Shown one piece after another: positions 26,201-40,075 of a DNA stretch of 64,000 bases; position 1 is the stretch's first letter; every line of letters starts with the position of its first letter. The translations under genes and the position numbers were made by a program. The stretch is from Camelus dromedarius. Its lineage: Eukaryota. The notes under the pieces were generated by a model. The model ran no database searches, was not told the DNA's origin, and saw only the letters and a list, made by a program, of their open reading frames with translations. The stretch lies in NCBI RefSeq assembly GCF_036321535.1, contig NC_087436.1, positions 86,244,001 through 86,308,000 on the forward strand. The letters run 5' to 3'.

Positions 26201-28869
26201 ACTAAGAAAATTGAAAAAGGACTCCAACAAGGTTGGACACAATGCAGCCTAGAGATGAACATTCATGAATTTTGTACAGAAAAAATTTACATTTGATTAA
26301 CATTTTAAATTACAAAGGCAGGTCTACAAATACCAATTTGCATGTGTGTGTTCTCATTGCATTTTCCAAGCAAATGGTGAATAATGTAATGCTAACTATA
26401 TTCTGTTTCCTTACCATTAATTTCCCTTTTTATTTTAAAGTGTAAGCTAACTGTACTGTGTAGTAATGTTAATTTCAGTGAACTGTACTTAATGTTATCT
26501 GTAGATCTATGCACACAAACTCTATGTAATGTTCCCTTATGTAATAAATGCTTCCGGATAATGAAGGGTACTTTGAGCATCATTGCTCAGCTGTGTGGTA
26601 AACTAGTTCTCTGCAGACTTGCCATTCTAGTTCTGCATCCACATGGACAGAAGTCAACTGTCTTGATAGTGAATGACAACATGAAACTGTAGTATTTGAT
26701 GATTAACATTCACTAGACTAAGATACAATTATTCAACTCTTAGTTTGCCATTCTTTCAAATATGTTATACTTTGGGAAGTTCTGTGAAATTACACAGAAT
26801 CTAAAAGGGTTGTAGAGGAAACAATGACTGACTATGTAATGAAATGTTGGAATTAAGAACTATGTGCTTAAGGGAGCTCTGTCCAGCAGGCTGCCGGTTG
26901 AGGTTAATTGACAAGCAGGTGCCTGAAAAAATGACAGGAAAGGCCTTATTTTTAGTTACTGGCATCAATAATAATGATTTTATGGCTTTAGGCCATGATT
27001 GAAGAAGATATTTTCTGGGAGTAAAGTAAGTATATCATGAATTTAAAGAGTATTAACTCTTTCAACTGCAGGAAGTTACAACATATAAAAATTTTTCTCT
27101 AATGACTGAAAAGTTTTTGATCAGAATCTCTCAGTTAAGAACTTGTTCTTGTGCAGTTTGAAATTTTAGCAACTTTTTAAAAAATTAGCTTTAGGTGTTT
27201 TTTTATAAAGGAAAACTAAAGTATACATTAAAAATTACAGAATGTTTCATACTTTATGAATGTGCTTTTTCTTTTATTGAATGTCTGGAGCACTGTCAGA
27301 AACTTAGTTTTGAAGTTCTCTTGAGGAAGCAGCATTAGTGAACAATATTGATGTTGCAGGATTACTGAACTCTGACAGCTGTCTTTCTTACACTGTCTTC
27401 TTCCAGCACATAACTATGCTTCAAATCTGCTACAATTCTTAAATGCCACATTTTCAAACATGAAAGGTAAACATGAATAATTTCTTGATTATCTCCTTTG
27501 TTCCTCTATTAAACTGCCCTGATTTACTCATCAAAATTGCATTCTTGGAATGAATTTATATCAAGATCACGAATGAAGTTGATCAAATCATTCAAAATCA
27601 GTTGGAGAATGTTTTTAATTACGTAGGAAGATGAAGTACAGGAGCTGGCATTGTTGAAACCTAGAGACTTAAATAGTATGTTAAAATTTGTTTATGCTTT
27701 TTAAAAATTTTGTTTAAAGTAAGATCAATTGGGATAATATTTAAATAACTTAAAATAAGAAGAATAAAAGAAAAATGATTTTTTAAGTAATTCAAAATAT
27801 TGGCCAGAGATAGAAAGTCAGTGTTAGTCCTGCCTTGAAATAACATTTAGATTTCAGAATTTGAGTTTTATGTTTGTTTTGACAAAAGGGTTATTTTGCA
27901 TTCTCCAACAAAAGACAGTTTAAGGCTTTGAACTTTCTGAAACTGCTAGATGTAATTAAGTTTGTTTTAATTATTCTATAGAAATAAAAAGAATGTTAAA
28001 CATATTTCAAACAAGATAGAGTTTACTCTTGGAGCAAATTACCTTTCAAAGATACCGCTTTCTCAAAAAGAGGAAGGGGAAACAAATTTTAAAAAGTTAT
28101 TGTCATTTTAGTGCCACTTTAAGCATGTGTTTTGACCCCAATCTTATTCTTAACAATTTTGAAATAGATGATTAGCTTGTTCTTTTTCCTGAAACAAAAA
28201 AGTAATCCATCTCTATTTTTTAAATCTACTTTTAAAAGCTGCCCTATAAATATACTTTTTTTATAGGAGTGTCCATTACATTTAAGTAGATAAATAAGTT
28301 GCCCCTTAATTATTTCACACTAACTCTATGACTTTATTTTGTTACTTCCAACAATTACATTTTTAGCTTTAAAAAATACTTTTATCAAATTTTTTTGCAT
28401 GAATTCAGAAAGTACAGTAGAGAGTAGTAGTTAGTTTCTATTCAGTTTGCATCCACAAAATAATCATTCTATTTTGAATTGTTTGGGTTTTGGTTTTGTT
28501 ATTAATATTTATTTTCCTATTAGTTATCAGAGAGGTTTATGACTGCACTGTCTCCTCAAATCATGCAAACAGTGGCCTGGAATAGCAGAGGAAGACTTCC
28601 TTAAAAAAACGCATCATAGTTTAGTTCCAAAGGGTGACACTTCTATAATGTAAAGACCTGTTGAACTTCTATTCCTGGATGAGAAAAATAATCCGGTTAA
28701 TAAGTTATCTTCCAATCCACAATAGATTTTAGGGAAATAGTCTGAATACCAATTGTCCACCATCATGGCTAATGCATAGATTACTAAATCTTTAATGTAG
28801 ATGAGTACCAGGTAACAGAGTGAAAAATGTTACTAATGAAATTGAAGATATTAGACTTTTTCTCCTTAG

Positions 28870-29480
28870 AGCCATACTGTAAACTGGTTTGGTGAGGGAA
28901 GGCTTTATGAAATAAGTGTTAAGCTTGACCCATTTACAGGCATTGTGCCAAGTGTAAAGGATAGCAAGGGAAATAACATCTCTTCACTTCTGAAGAGTTG
29001 AGGCTGGAGGAATAAACATGTAATGTATAATAGGCGCCAATAATCAAAGGAATTACATGGTGCGGTGGAGCTACAAATGAGCAGTAAATTCTGTATTGGA
29101 TGAGAAGGTCAATGAAGTCCTCAGAGGGGATAGGCAAGGTGATTTAGAAGGACCAGTTGAAAATGTACAGGTGCAGAGGCAGAGAGAGCTATAAATATGT
29201 TGCATTTGAAAAGGGTTCTGCATGACTGGAAAGTAGGGAAAGATTATCTGGTACATAGTAATTATCTCTTAAATTAATAAATTATGGGGAAACATCAAGA
29301 GATAAGGCCAGAAAAGGGAGAAAGGACATGTGTATCATGCTGACATGTTAACTCTAACCTGAAGCTATTAAAAGGATGTTTAGAAGGTAAGTGGACTTGA
29401 TCATATCTCTCACTGAAGAACTCATTATTTTAGCAATAAGACCAAATAATAGGTAAGATGGAAGGAATGGAGGTGTAGAA
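28870..29480 (-). mobile_element. Degraded L2 fragment(s)
   Basis: Purine-rich antisense L2-like text (agggaaggctttatgaaataagtg...gagataaggccagaaaagg). Boundaries approximate. Confidence 0.5.
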
Positions 29481-29554
29481 AAAAGTTTTGACCTTTGTTT
29501 AACTGAAAGATTAGCCTTCTAACAATTCTGGATAATTATCTGGGACATTATCAA

Positions 29555-30345
29555 GGAATCTCTGGAGTCAAGCCTGGACTCTAATTCTAGCTTTGCCACT
29601 TTCTAGCTGTGTGACCTTGCAAATGTTACTCAACAGTTCTGTGCCTGTATTCTCATTTGTAAAATACATTTGTAATAGCGCCTGTTTCCAGAAATTGCTG
29701 TAAGGATTAAATAACGTAACGTGTATATTCTACTGGCAATGCTACCCAACCTAAGACTATCAGGAACACAGGAGGAGTTGAACAAAATTGGGTTTATTAC
29801 TTGTTGGAACTAACACAGTGGGGTATTGGTGGAGGTATTTCAAATGAGAGGATGCTGAAAAGGCCTAATAGGATTTGGGCTATTGTTGGATGATTTGGAA
29901 AAGTTCAAGGAAGCAAGAATTTGCTCTGAATTGCATACTCTCAAGAGGTGGGGTAATTTTATGATTGGGTATCTTATTGGATCTTGTTTAGAAGGATGGG
30001 AAGAACAAAGGGAAGTTAAAGCTGTAACTGGTAAAGCAGCATCAGTCACCTAGTATTAGGTGGGAGGAGGGTGTTTGGTATTTTGTGCTTTGCACTGTGA
30101 CTTTGTTTTTAACTGTACTTAGACAAAGTTATAAAGAGGGCTTGTTTGTTTGTCTTACATCATCAGGGTAACAGAGTGACCTTGCCTGATATTGGTGTTC
30201 TGTGAGATTAAATTTATGTTCAACAAGAGAACACCAAGACCTAACTGATAGTAACAAGCCAGTTCCCAGATGCCAGGAGCTGCTTTTCTCTTCTCACCAC
30301 TTAGCACAATGCCTGTCGTAAACTTAAAGCTTAAAAAATATTTCC
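29555..30345 (+). mobile_element. MIR split into two parts (29555-29733 and 30297-30345) by a solo LTR
   Basis: The MIR text ...aggattaaataacgtaacgtgtata stops and resumes as cacttagcacaatgcctg after the LTR. Confidence 0.8.
29734..30296 (-). mobile_element. Solo ERV LTR, MER89-like, 563 bp
   Basis: TG...CA termini with a near-matching 4-bp TSD (ctac/ccac). The minus-strand start TGAGAAGAGAAAAGCAGCTCCTGGCATCTGGGAACTGG resembles the recalled MER89 consensus. Confidence 0.7.
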
Positions 30346-31129
30346 TAAGGAATTATACTATTGAACCCAACTCTCAAATGTATTCCAACCCTAGTTTAAA
30401 GGACAGTTTGGTCTTTTTTTTGACCTACCCTATTGGCTTGTACCTTCTCACTCCTTTTCTATGTGAGGAGATTTTTCTTATGTTTTAGATTTTTACTTTG
30501 AGTTAGTATTTTTCAAGCTCAAAAAAGGATATATCAGAACGTTGAACTTATAACAACAGATTTGTGGAACATTTTTATAAAAGTTTACAAATTTAAAAAT
30601 CTAATCATTCCAACATCTTCATTTTATGTGAGTATAACACTGGTCGACCAACCTGTATAGTGTTTCTCATGACTGAACTTAAATATTTAGGTAGAGTACT
30701 TGTTTGTATAGTAGCTGTGTTCCCTGATACACCACGAAACCTGTTAGCCTTGTCGTTTTCTCTCTAGCACTAAGTGCAGTGTCTGGCAGAGTAAGTGTTG
30801 AAGAAATTGTTTTTGAGTAACTGAAAGAGGAAGAGAAAAGAAATTGTGCTTGGGAAGCAGAACTGAAACTAGCATATACTGAGTGGTCACTCAGCCAGGT
30901 ACTATTTTAGGCATGTTAACAAAAGTTACAATGAAATTCTGGACATAAAAGTTGGTATCTCTATTCTGCAAAGGAAACTTTGACTTAAGCGGAAGATAAG
31001 TAACTTGCTCTTCTAGGAACTGATAAATAAAGCTCGATTCCAGACCTGTGTCGTTCATCATTTAATAAACACTCAGCTGGGAATTGAACTTACCAAAGCT
31101 GTCACTAGCAATTGCTGCTTTGTAATGAC

Positions 31130-32666
31130 ATCCACTTCTTCAGCCACTCTCCCTCTCTCGTAGTCCCCTGCATCTCAACTTACTTTAAACTACTCTGTGC
31201 TTGCACCTAACAGCTGAATGGGACTGCAGAAAAATCTACAACCAGTGCTAATTTCATTTTCAATTCATTACCACAAATGTCAAATATGTACTACCGAAAG
31301 ATCTTACCATACTTCACAGATAACGCTTGTTCTCTTACTCTCCCAAGGTAATTTGTCATACCTTGACTTCCCACTTCAAATGTCCAGCACCAGCTTTCTC
31401 TTTCTACTGGATCTTTCCATCAGCATGCAAACATTCTCTCTGCCTCCCGTCTTTCAATAAAATAAAACTGTCCCTGGACCTCACATCCCCTTCTGCCATG
31501 TCTCGCACACCTCACAGAAATCTTCCCAAAAGCTTCCTCACATTTCAGCTTACCTCTACTGACCCTAACTAGGTTTTGGTTACCCAGTCCCCTGAAACTG
31601 CTCTTGTCAAGATTACCAAACACCTCCACTTTGCCAAACTAGTCATCACTCCTCTGTTGCTCTGAAGCATTTAGTCAGTTGACCGCTGCGTCCTCTTCAT
31701 ACACCACCTTTTCTTGGCTTCCCTGTCGGCTTGCTCTCCCAGCTTCTTGCTCCTTGCTCCTTGCTCCACGCATTGGCCCAAGCTCCTCCTCTTCACCCTT
31801 GAATGTTGGAGTGCTCCAGGGCTCAGGTCTAGGACTTGACTTCAGCTCTTTTCTTCTACTCAGTCTCCTCTGGTACCATCTGCATACAAATTTATATTGC
31901 CAGCTCTGAGCTTTCCATTGAGCTATAAATTTAGATATCTGGATGCCAACTTCTCTACTTAAATAACAAATAGGCATTTCACACTTAAAATGGCCAAACC
32001 AGGACTCTTGGTTTTCTCCCTGTGAAAAATGTTCTTTCTTCATTCTTCCTCACCTCAGTATATGGCATCTCCTTACACTGAGATATTCAAGTCCAGGATA
32101 TTCAAAAACCCAGGATTTGTCCTTTCCCCTCCATTTCCCATACTCCCTGTCTCTACCTCAAAAATACATCATCTTCTGTTAGTTCTTATCTGAATTATTG
32201 CGATAGCCTCTCAACTATTCTTCAGCTTCCTACCTGATCTGGCTCTTGCCCACCTCTTGACATTTCCTACCACCCAGCACCCAGGCTCACCCACTGCAGT
32301 CTGGCTGAACGGTCGTACTCAAAAAGGTGAAGGGTAGTCCTCCCTTGGGGCCTTTGGTTCAGTGTTGCCTCTGCCTGGAATGACTAGCTTCTGTCACTCA
32401 GGTTTCATCACACATGTCGCTCCTTCAGTGAAACCTTTCCCAGCCATCCAGTCTGAATTAGCACTGCTGCCTGTCAGTGTCCTGCTTCATTCTCTTGGTT
32501 ATACTTTTCACTGTCTGCATTGACCCTGGTCATGTTTTTGTCACTTGGTATGTCTTCTATTAGGGTATCACCCCCATGAAATTGGGGACCTTACTACTGT
32601 ATTCCCAGCACTAAGAACATTGCCTGACACATAATTAAGTGCTCCATAAATATTAGTTGAATAAAT
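31130..32666 (+). mobile_element. L2 LINE, long 3' fragment with RT remnants
   Basis: Degenerate RT motifs PETALVKITKHL (~31591) and VGVLQGSGLG (~31805; consensus GVPQGSVLG). Ends in an L2 tail, gctccataaatattagttgaataaat. Confidence 0.85.
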
Positions 32667-35600
32667 ATATGTATTTGTCTTAATATGAAACTAATTTCAC
32701 CCCCACAGCTCTGACCCTAGGAGAATGTGCCTTGCTTCTCCCACGGCTCTGGGTGTTCCTGGCTTCATCGCCTCATTTCTTACCTTGAGAAGCTTTGCCA
32801 CTCTTTTCACCTACACCAGCCGCTCTTAAAAAAACAAATAAATGAAAGTCCCCAAACTCCTCCAGAATGAAAAGAAGGATGACAGTATCTTTGAATAAAC
32901 ATCAGTGAGGAAGCCCATCAGTAAATTATCAATATAGACCAAAACAGGAAATAGAGACACGGTCTTAGAAATCTCCCACACGCTGGAGCTTTTGGCTTGA
33001 CCCTTGACTTAAATAAGCAAGTGTGCTTTCCTGATATGGCTGATAAAAGGTAATGGACTATTATGTGATGTGAAGAGAGGTGAGACAAAGGCTTGAGTCT
33101 CCTTTGAAAACACGTAAATCTCTCATAGGCCATGATTTTATGATCCTATGAGGAAAAACACAGAAAAGCAGCGTGAGCATTTCTATCCTTTTTGCGTTTG
33201 TCCAAAGCAGTTTAGAGGATGGTCCCAAGAGTGCAGTGCTCTTTTCCAACCACAGAATAATCTTTATCTTTCTCTAAATTGTTAAATGCTTTTCTTTTTT
33301 AAGTGAGTGAAACAGTGAAACTTAGTCATTGAAAACACAACATCCTTCCTATTGTATAAAGATGTGTTTGTACCCAGTGAGTACTAAGCATTTGAAAGTG
33401 GAAAGCAGAGTCTGGTTACTACTCTTATTTACCACATCTTTTTTCCCTTTTTTCCCTTAGTCAAAATTTGCTTTCAAATATGGAAATCCTTTTGTGTCCT
33501 AAGATAGTTACTCTTAGGAAACAGCTCATGGGGTAAAATCCTATTTAGCAGTTCATAATTTAGGGTTGTCTCAAGCTAATCTGTTTAGGGTTGCTCACTT
33601 TTGCTATTAATTTTCACCAGGTCTCTGCTTCCTTAGCTGTAGAAGAGGATATTGTTCTAGTCAATATTGTTAGGGTACCAAGGCAGGTTAGGAAACCTTT
33701 AAAAATTGGTAATTTACTATTGATCAACTCACTTGATTGCTGTCTGTAAAGAAATGATTTTGAAAAGTTTTGGAATTTTACTATGTGTTCAAAACAATGC
33801 AGTAGTTTTTACTTAAATAGGCTGGGAATGGGTCATGGCGAGAGGGGTATGCTAACAATTAGTCGTGAGATTTTAATTACAACAAGAAAGATAAAATAAG
33901 CCTTTTCCTTCTTTTCTCTATTATTTGCCCATGAATTAGAATATGCCAAACATAAATTTAAAATAATACTGAGTGTCATTTATTACCACTTTAGTTCAAG
34001 AATAGTGAAGTCACCACTAATACTGCTGACCAAGTCTTGCTGAACAACAACTCTGGATGGTTAAGGCTGGATGAGACCAATGTAGGCTGTGGCTTGGGCT
34101 TTGGCCAAGTCTTCCAACACCAGTTGTCTAATATTATGTGAAACTAACTTGACAAGCTCTGGTCGTTATTTTACATTTATTTCAGCAAATCTAGCCGTTA
34201 TACACTTAATGCTGCCATTGTCGACACAGTAGTGACTGCCTGAGGGCTTCTGCTGCGTGCCGTACCCCGTGTCCACCAGGCTGTGGGAGAGACACCGAAC
34301 AAGAGGCCGTCTATGGCTCTGCTGAGGGAAGGCTCGGGGGGGAGGGCTTGGGAAGCCACAGCCACAGGAGGGCTTAGACAGCACAGAACGGCCTTAAACG
34401 TTCTCACTTTTAATTAGAATTTTTTTTTAAAGCCTGCAATATCAAGATTTTCCTACAAAGGAGTGGCACAGCCTGAAAGGTAATACACAGCTCAGAAGAG
34501 TGAATTTTGAAGGTACAGGGACTCCCCCTACCCCTTCCTGCCCTAGTGACAAGGTTGTGGGGCATGACTAGCTGTTAGAAGCAGAGGATGAGACTGAGGT
34601 AGGGGAAATACTGACTAACTCTACGTCCATGGACTGCAATTTTAAAAAACAGAATAGAACAAATGAGCCTGAAAAAAAAATTTTTTTTTTTGCAATGAGG
34701 CAGGGTATACATTATTTTTTTAAAAAGACAAAACCTAGAGTTCTTGAAAACAGTGGAACAGTAGAAGAAAATGGGACAGGGGAGAATGTAATAGAAAAGT
34801 GGTGACACCTATTCCTTTAGAGGAACAACAAGGACCACTAGGGATGGGATCCTTTCCCCTGGAAATGCAGACCACATAGAGCCAGGCAGCGGGACTCATC
34901 CAAGTGCAAGAAGTAGATGAGTTAGGAAAGTCACTGAAGCACTGCAGTACATTTACGTAGATTCCAGACTCGCACATCTCGCAGGCTCTGCATCTCTCTT
35001 CTCTGAAAGCCCCTTCACTCTGCGTGAGGAGACAGCAAAAGAGAAGCGGGGCAAGGAGCAAAAGGGGAGGGCCTGCGTTAAATATCTGGTGGTGGTACTG
35101 CGCTCAGCTCACCAAGAGAACGCTGCACAATGCGGCTCCTATTAGGAATGAGAACAAGTACCTATTGTTCAGGCTTAAACAGCTCTAAGTGTTTCTTCTA
35201 GAGATAATTAATTTAATTAAAATAGTCCCTGAAGCCAAAATGAGCTTCATATTGAGTGCTACACACATTCCTTCTAAATTCCAGCACCAGGCTATTCAGA
35301 ATGAGCAAGCCATTAGCTATGTAACTCAGCAGAGGCACAGGGACTGGCCGTTCCACTTTCCTTGGAATGGAGCCCCCGGGACAGGGGCTAGAACAGGAGG
35401 CTCTTCCTATGCTGAGGGGAGTGCTGTTCGTTCTGATGCAGTTAAAGAAAGATCATCTTTCATCTGTGAATTTAGTTCCGAAACGATGGGGGCATTTTTT
35501 TCCCTTAGTGACCTAAGGGGGATGTTTGACTTACTGACTCCATCCAAATCAACAGTCCTCACTCAGAATAGACTCAGCACGTTGATGCTCAATAAATATA

Positions 35601-35789
35601 CACTGAATGAATGAGGAGATAAATGAACGGAATCCAATGCCTTTGAGTGGCTTTTCAACCTCTTCCTTCTGGAGTAAAGAAGTAAACAAGTAACATCTGA
35701 TCTTAGATCAAAACTACCAAACTGTCATGTGCCCCAATGGGACAAAATAAAAAGCTATGGCACTGGATGATGGATTATTTGTGGTAGAT

Positions 35790-37110
35790 GTAATTCAACA
35801 TGTTTGGGACAGGTCAGTGAACAGAATAAAGATCTTTGCCCTAGCTAGAGTACAAACATCACAGAGACAGGAGGATGGGAGACAAATAAGGACCATAAAC
35901 ATATTAAAATAACATACGATACGTTAGAAGTTCTATGTGCTAAGGGCGGCAGTGAAGGGAAGAGTTCCAAAGGCAGAGTTGGGGGATATTGGAGGGTAGG
36001 AGTGGCTTGCGATTTTCTATAGGATAGACAAGAGTAGACGGGAGAAGGTGATGCTTGAGCAAAGATTAGATGTTGGTGAGGGAGTAAGCCATGTGGGTAT
36101 CTAGAGACAGTGTTCTAGGCAAAGGAAAGCCAGTACAAATGCCAGAGAGCAGGAGTATGCCAGGCATGTTTGAGAGAAAAGAGGAGAGAAGTGAGTGTGG
36201 GTTGGAGAGGGAGGAGTAGCCACAGAGCAGGTTGGGGAAGGCCATGGTCAGAACCCAGAGTGAAATGTGGAGTCTGTCTGACCAATATTTTAAAAGATCA
36301 CTGGAAGTGGTGGGGGGATGGAAAAGGAGGAAAAGGTAGTTATAGAAGAAATAGCAGTGCCTCTGTGTGCTGATGATCCAGTCGTGTGAGTGACCCAGTT
36401 GAGTGAATATTGATGATGCAGGAAAGAGAAGTATAAGTCTAGAGGGATGTGCCTGAGCAGGTGGAGGGATCCGGTCTAGGTGGACGCACAGGGCATTCTT
36501 CTGTGGCAGCAGGCAAGGAGGCAGAGAGGACGCCAGTTCAGCTGCTGGTAGGTGGGGAGATGTGGGTGTGGGAGTCTCTGGCAGTTTTCTTCTGGTTCTC
36601 TCAAATGTCTCAGAGATGTAGGAAGCAAAGTAATCAGCTGAGACTAAAGGGAGAGAGGACAGTGTGAACTTGTTCTCCGGGAGAACAAGAGAGTGAATGG
36701 ACTGGAGGAACATGTTATGAATGCCAGGCAGTATTAAGGGCCCACTTAATGATCAGAAACTCAAAATGAGGCCAGTCAGCACAGATGAGTCTTCCACCAG
36801 GCATATTCAACCATTCTGGTGCAGGCGAAGAGCTGGGTTTTGCCAGGGTTATGGTTTTGGTAAGCAAGTGTGGCAAAGTGAGAAAGGAGCAGATCTCAAG
36901 GGTTCTGATGTGGGTAATTACAACATGACAGTTGACCAGAGAATTTGAGCCAAATCAGGAGAGAAGATAGGACCTCAAGGAAAGAGAGAGAAGGACCAAA
37001 TGGATTAGAGATCTACATGGCTTAGAAGGATGGCAGGAATAGGGGTACTAGAAAGAGTGAGCTGAAAAGATGGGAGGTGCGGTCAGAATGGAATGTGTCC
37101 GATTAAGATT
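35790..37110 (-). mobile_element. L2 LINE fragments, antisense
   Basis: gagaaggtgatgcttgagcaaagattaga...agggagtaagccatgtgggtatctagagacagtgttctaggcaaaggaaagccagtacaaatgcc is typical antisense L2a. Confidence 0.8.
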
Positions 37111-37184
37111 ATGCAAAATGCATCTAAAATCTTAGGAGAATATCTGGCACAAAGCAAATACTCAATAATAAACAGCTGTTGTTA

Positions 37185-37494
37185 GGAATTCATAATACCT
37201 TGGCCAAAACCTTTGAGGCCAGATATGCTTTGTAATCCAGAATTCTTCAGATTGTAGACAGGCTATCTGGTGCTCTTACATCTCCGCTGAGGTCCGGGGA
37301 AGCTTTCCATAATCAGATGGACTCGTGTTTCTTCAGTGAAATATATGAATATTCACCTTGTGATACATTACCTCATGTAGGCTTAGGCCAGACTTTGCTA
37401 TTCAATAAGTTTTGGTACTAAATTTAAAAAGCAAAGAATTTTTGTCTTTAAAACCTTTGAGATTTCAGAATTACAGGCAAGAGAAGTGAGCCTA
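37185..37494 (+). mobile_element. MER46C-like TcMar-Tigger non-autonomous DNA transposon
   Basis: aaacctttgaggccagatatgctttgtaatccagaattcttcagatt...gatttcagaattacaggcaagagaagtgagccta follows the recalled MER46C consensus. Confidence 0.7.
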
Positions 37495-39904
37495 TACTGG
37501 CATCTTGACTGAGTTGTGAATTTAAGGATAATAACTTCATCTTTCTTGACATTAGTTATTTCAGTGTAAAAGAAATTTGAGTTTGAAAATTTTCTTACTG
37601 TTGAGCTCAGCATTTAATGGTTTGCTGATACCCTTTGTTGGACTTCCAGAAAGATGGTTTTACTAATAAATTCTCCTTAAGATAGTCGGATACGGAGACT
37701 AGGCCTACATTTTATATTAATACATGAACTCTTTTTGATTGACTGTTATAGTCATGCTTAAACTGATAGTGTCAGAAGAATTTAGAAACTTTCCACGTTC
37801 AAGGCTAAGAAAAACATAAGTCAATCCATAGGCATTTAAGCATCTACCAAGTTTGGTGAAACCTCACAAGTCAGATAAGTTAGAAGATCAGGCTGAATTA
37901 ATATAAAGTTTTAATGAAAGTCCTTATGAAATGCTGCGTTATGTAATTAAATTCAAGTTTGTTTTTATAATGGCTGAGTGTTTCCCAGCAGATGGTAAGC
38001 CACGACTTGCTTTGATGACTAGATGAGGCTGATTTTTAATTTAATGCATAACATCATTTGCATATAGTGTGCTTATAGAATACTGGGGGAAAAATGTGTC
38101 CTTGAAGTAGATTAAGTACATCCCCTGCTTTTGGTTGCTCTATTCATTATCTTAGCAAATCCTTTCTTTGTAGGTGCAGCCAAGGTAAATGTCAGCCCAG
38201 CTTTGTCCAATTATCACATATTCCCCAGGGAAGTGTGCAATATGGAATTCACTTCCTGGAAGTGAGCACAATTGTAAAGAATGGAGCAAAACTCCAAATA
38301 CTAAGAAATAGAATCTTCTATTACATTTTCTATAAATAAGGCTGAGATATAACTAGTTTAAAATAAAAAGGCCCCAGGGACTTCCTTAAATCATCTTCAG
38401 CCCAGCTCATGCTACTGAGTTTCTATCCACATATCCAGCTGCATTGACACTTGGATTTGAGTTTGATTCAACAATTTGTTTGAATTTCTTTTACACAGTG
38501 ATTTTTGTCCTCTGGGATCCTCTTGTTACCCTTCCTTTCCTTTCTGCTTAGCTCAGTGCTACTCATTCTTTAACACCCAGCTTAGGTGACATCTTTTTAG
38601 AAAAGTCTTTCCTGTTTCCATCACCACCCCAATTCCCAAGACTGGGGTGGGTATCCTTCCTAAGTGCTCCTATGATATCACCGTATGTTCCCCATTGTAG
38701 TTTGTATCTCTTTAGTGTCCACATCCTTGTCTTGATCTCTCACTAGGCCATCGAGAGGGGAGGGACTGTGTCTGTCTCACACCTTTGCTTCTTCAGGGTC
38801 CCCTGTCTTACACTAACTAAAGGTTAAGTTTATAGTTCCAGAAGTAGGCCTTTGCCCTGCAAACCCAGGAATAGGCAACACAAAGCAAGAATTAACCCCA
38901 CTCTGCTCTTCTTGAGGCCTGGAGGAAGAGAAGGGAGGTGGATCCCTGGCTGGAGGGAGAATTGCAGTTCCTCACCACTCCATGTCAAAGAAGGGTAACG
39001 TTGTTCTTGGATCTGATTGTTCCCCAGGGAAACTAGGTCCTTTAGTCAGGAGAGAGACAGCACTCATCATAGGAGGCCTCAACAGAAAAAGGAAAAGGGG
39101 ATCTAAGATAAAGTTTCCGGTTTCAAGGCATTCACTCAATAATACAGCAAACATTTCCCAAGTGCCTGTGCCAGATAGTGTGTGGCCGTATCTGTCCAGG
39201 GAGCTCCAGGTGTCCTCTTTTGGGGACCTGCTGTCTCTAAACAAAGACTGAAGCTCAGATCAAATAGGACCACCGTCTGGCCTTATTTACAAGATCACTC
39301 GTGTGCATCCCTGATCTTATTAAGAAAGAGTTTGGCCCGCCCAGGCACACACTTTTAAAGACATATCATTCCATTACATACAGGTAGCTAAACGCTAACC
39401 ACACTCCTACATTTCAAACATAACATTAGCTCCTAATTCAGATTGCTGTAAAACAATCACATTGCATTAGCCAGCATTGTATTTAGAGCCCACAGACTTC
39501 AACTAAATAAAGGGACTCTGGTGACTAGAGAAAGTTTCATGATAAAATGGTGTTTGCTTAGCTGGTCCAGGTCTCCAGAAGAGGATGGATTTCCCTGTCT
39601 AGATACTATCATATAGTGTTTGGCATAAGTGCTTAGTAAATGCTTATATTACTGAATAAATGCCTTGGAAATTGAATTTTTAGCTTTTATTCTTTCCTCT
39701 CTTTTACATTGTTCCCTGGATTAAGCATGATGAGTTCATAGCGGCACATGACTCCAGATTTCTCTGTGTGCAGGAGTGAAGGTCACTGACAAGCACACAG
39801 CTGAGGCTCCCTATTTGGCCGAAGAGTCCAGCCATGACCCCCATCAGCTGTGACCATTATTTATGTGAATGGGGGAGTAGGGGATGGGTGCTTCACAGAG
39901 CAGC

Positions 39905-40075
39905 CCAGAGCCTTGCTATCCAAAATGTGACTCTTGGGCAAGCAGCTTCAGCATCCTCTGGAGGCTTATTTGGAATTCAGAATCTCAGGTCCTACCCTAG
40001 ACCACCTGAACCAGACTCTGCATTTCAACGAAATCGTCTGAAGATTTTTAAACTCACTAAAATTTAAACACTGCC
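39905..40075. mobile_element. MER5A-like hAT-Charlie element
   Basis: cagcttcagcatcctctggaggcttatttggaattcagaatctcaggtcctaccctagaccacctgaaccagactctgcatttcaac. Confidence 0.75.

Noticed and set aside
31675..32043. ORFs of 122 aa (-) and 76 aa (+), one with a GVLQGSGLG motif
   Set aside because: These are decayed L2 reverse transcriptase sequence and its antisense, not a gene.
35189..35614. 141-aa ORF
   Set aside because: It has a non-ATG start and no recognisable domain, and its 3' part runs into an L2 tail.
36066..36713. 215-aa ORF on the minus strand
   Set aside because: It lies wholly within an L2 relic and is a chance open frame in pyrimidine-rich sequence.
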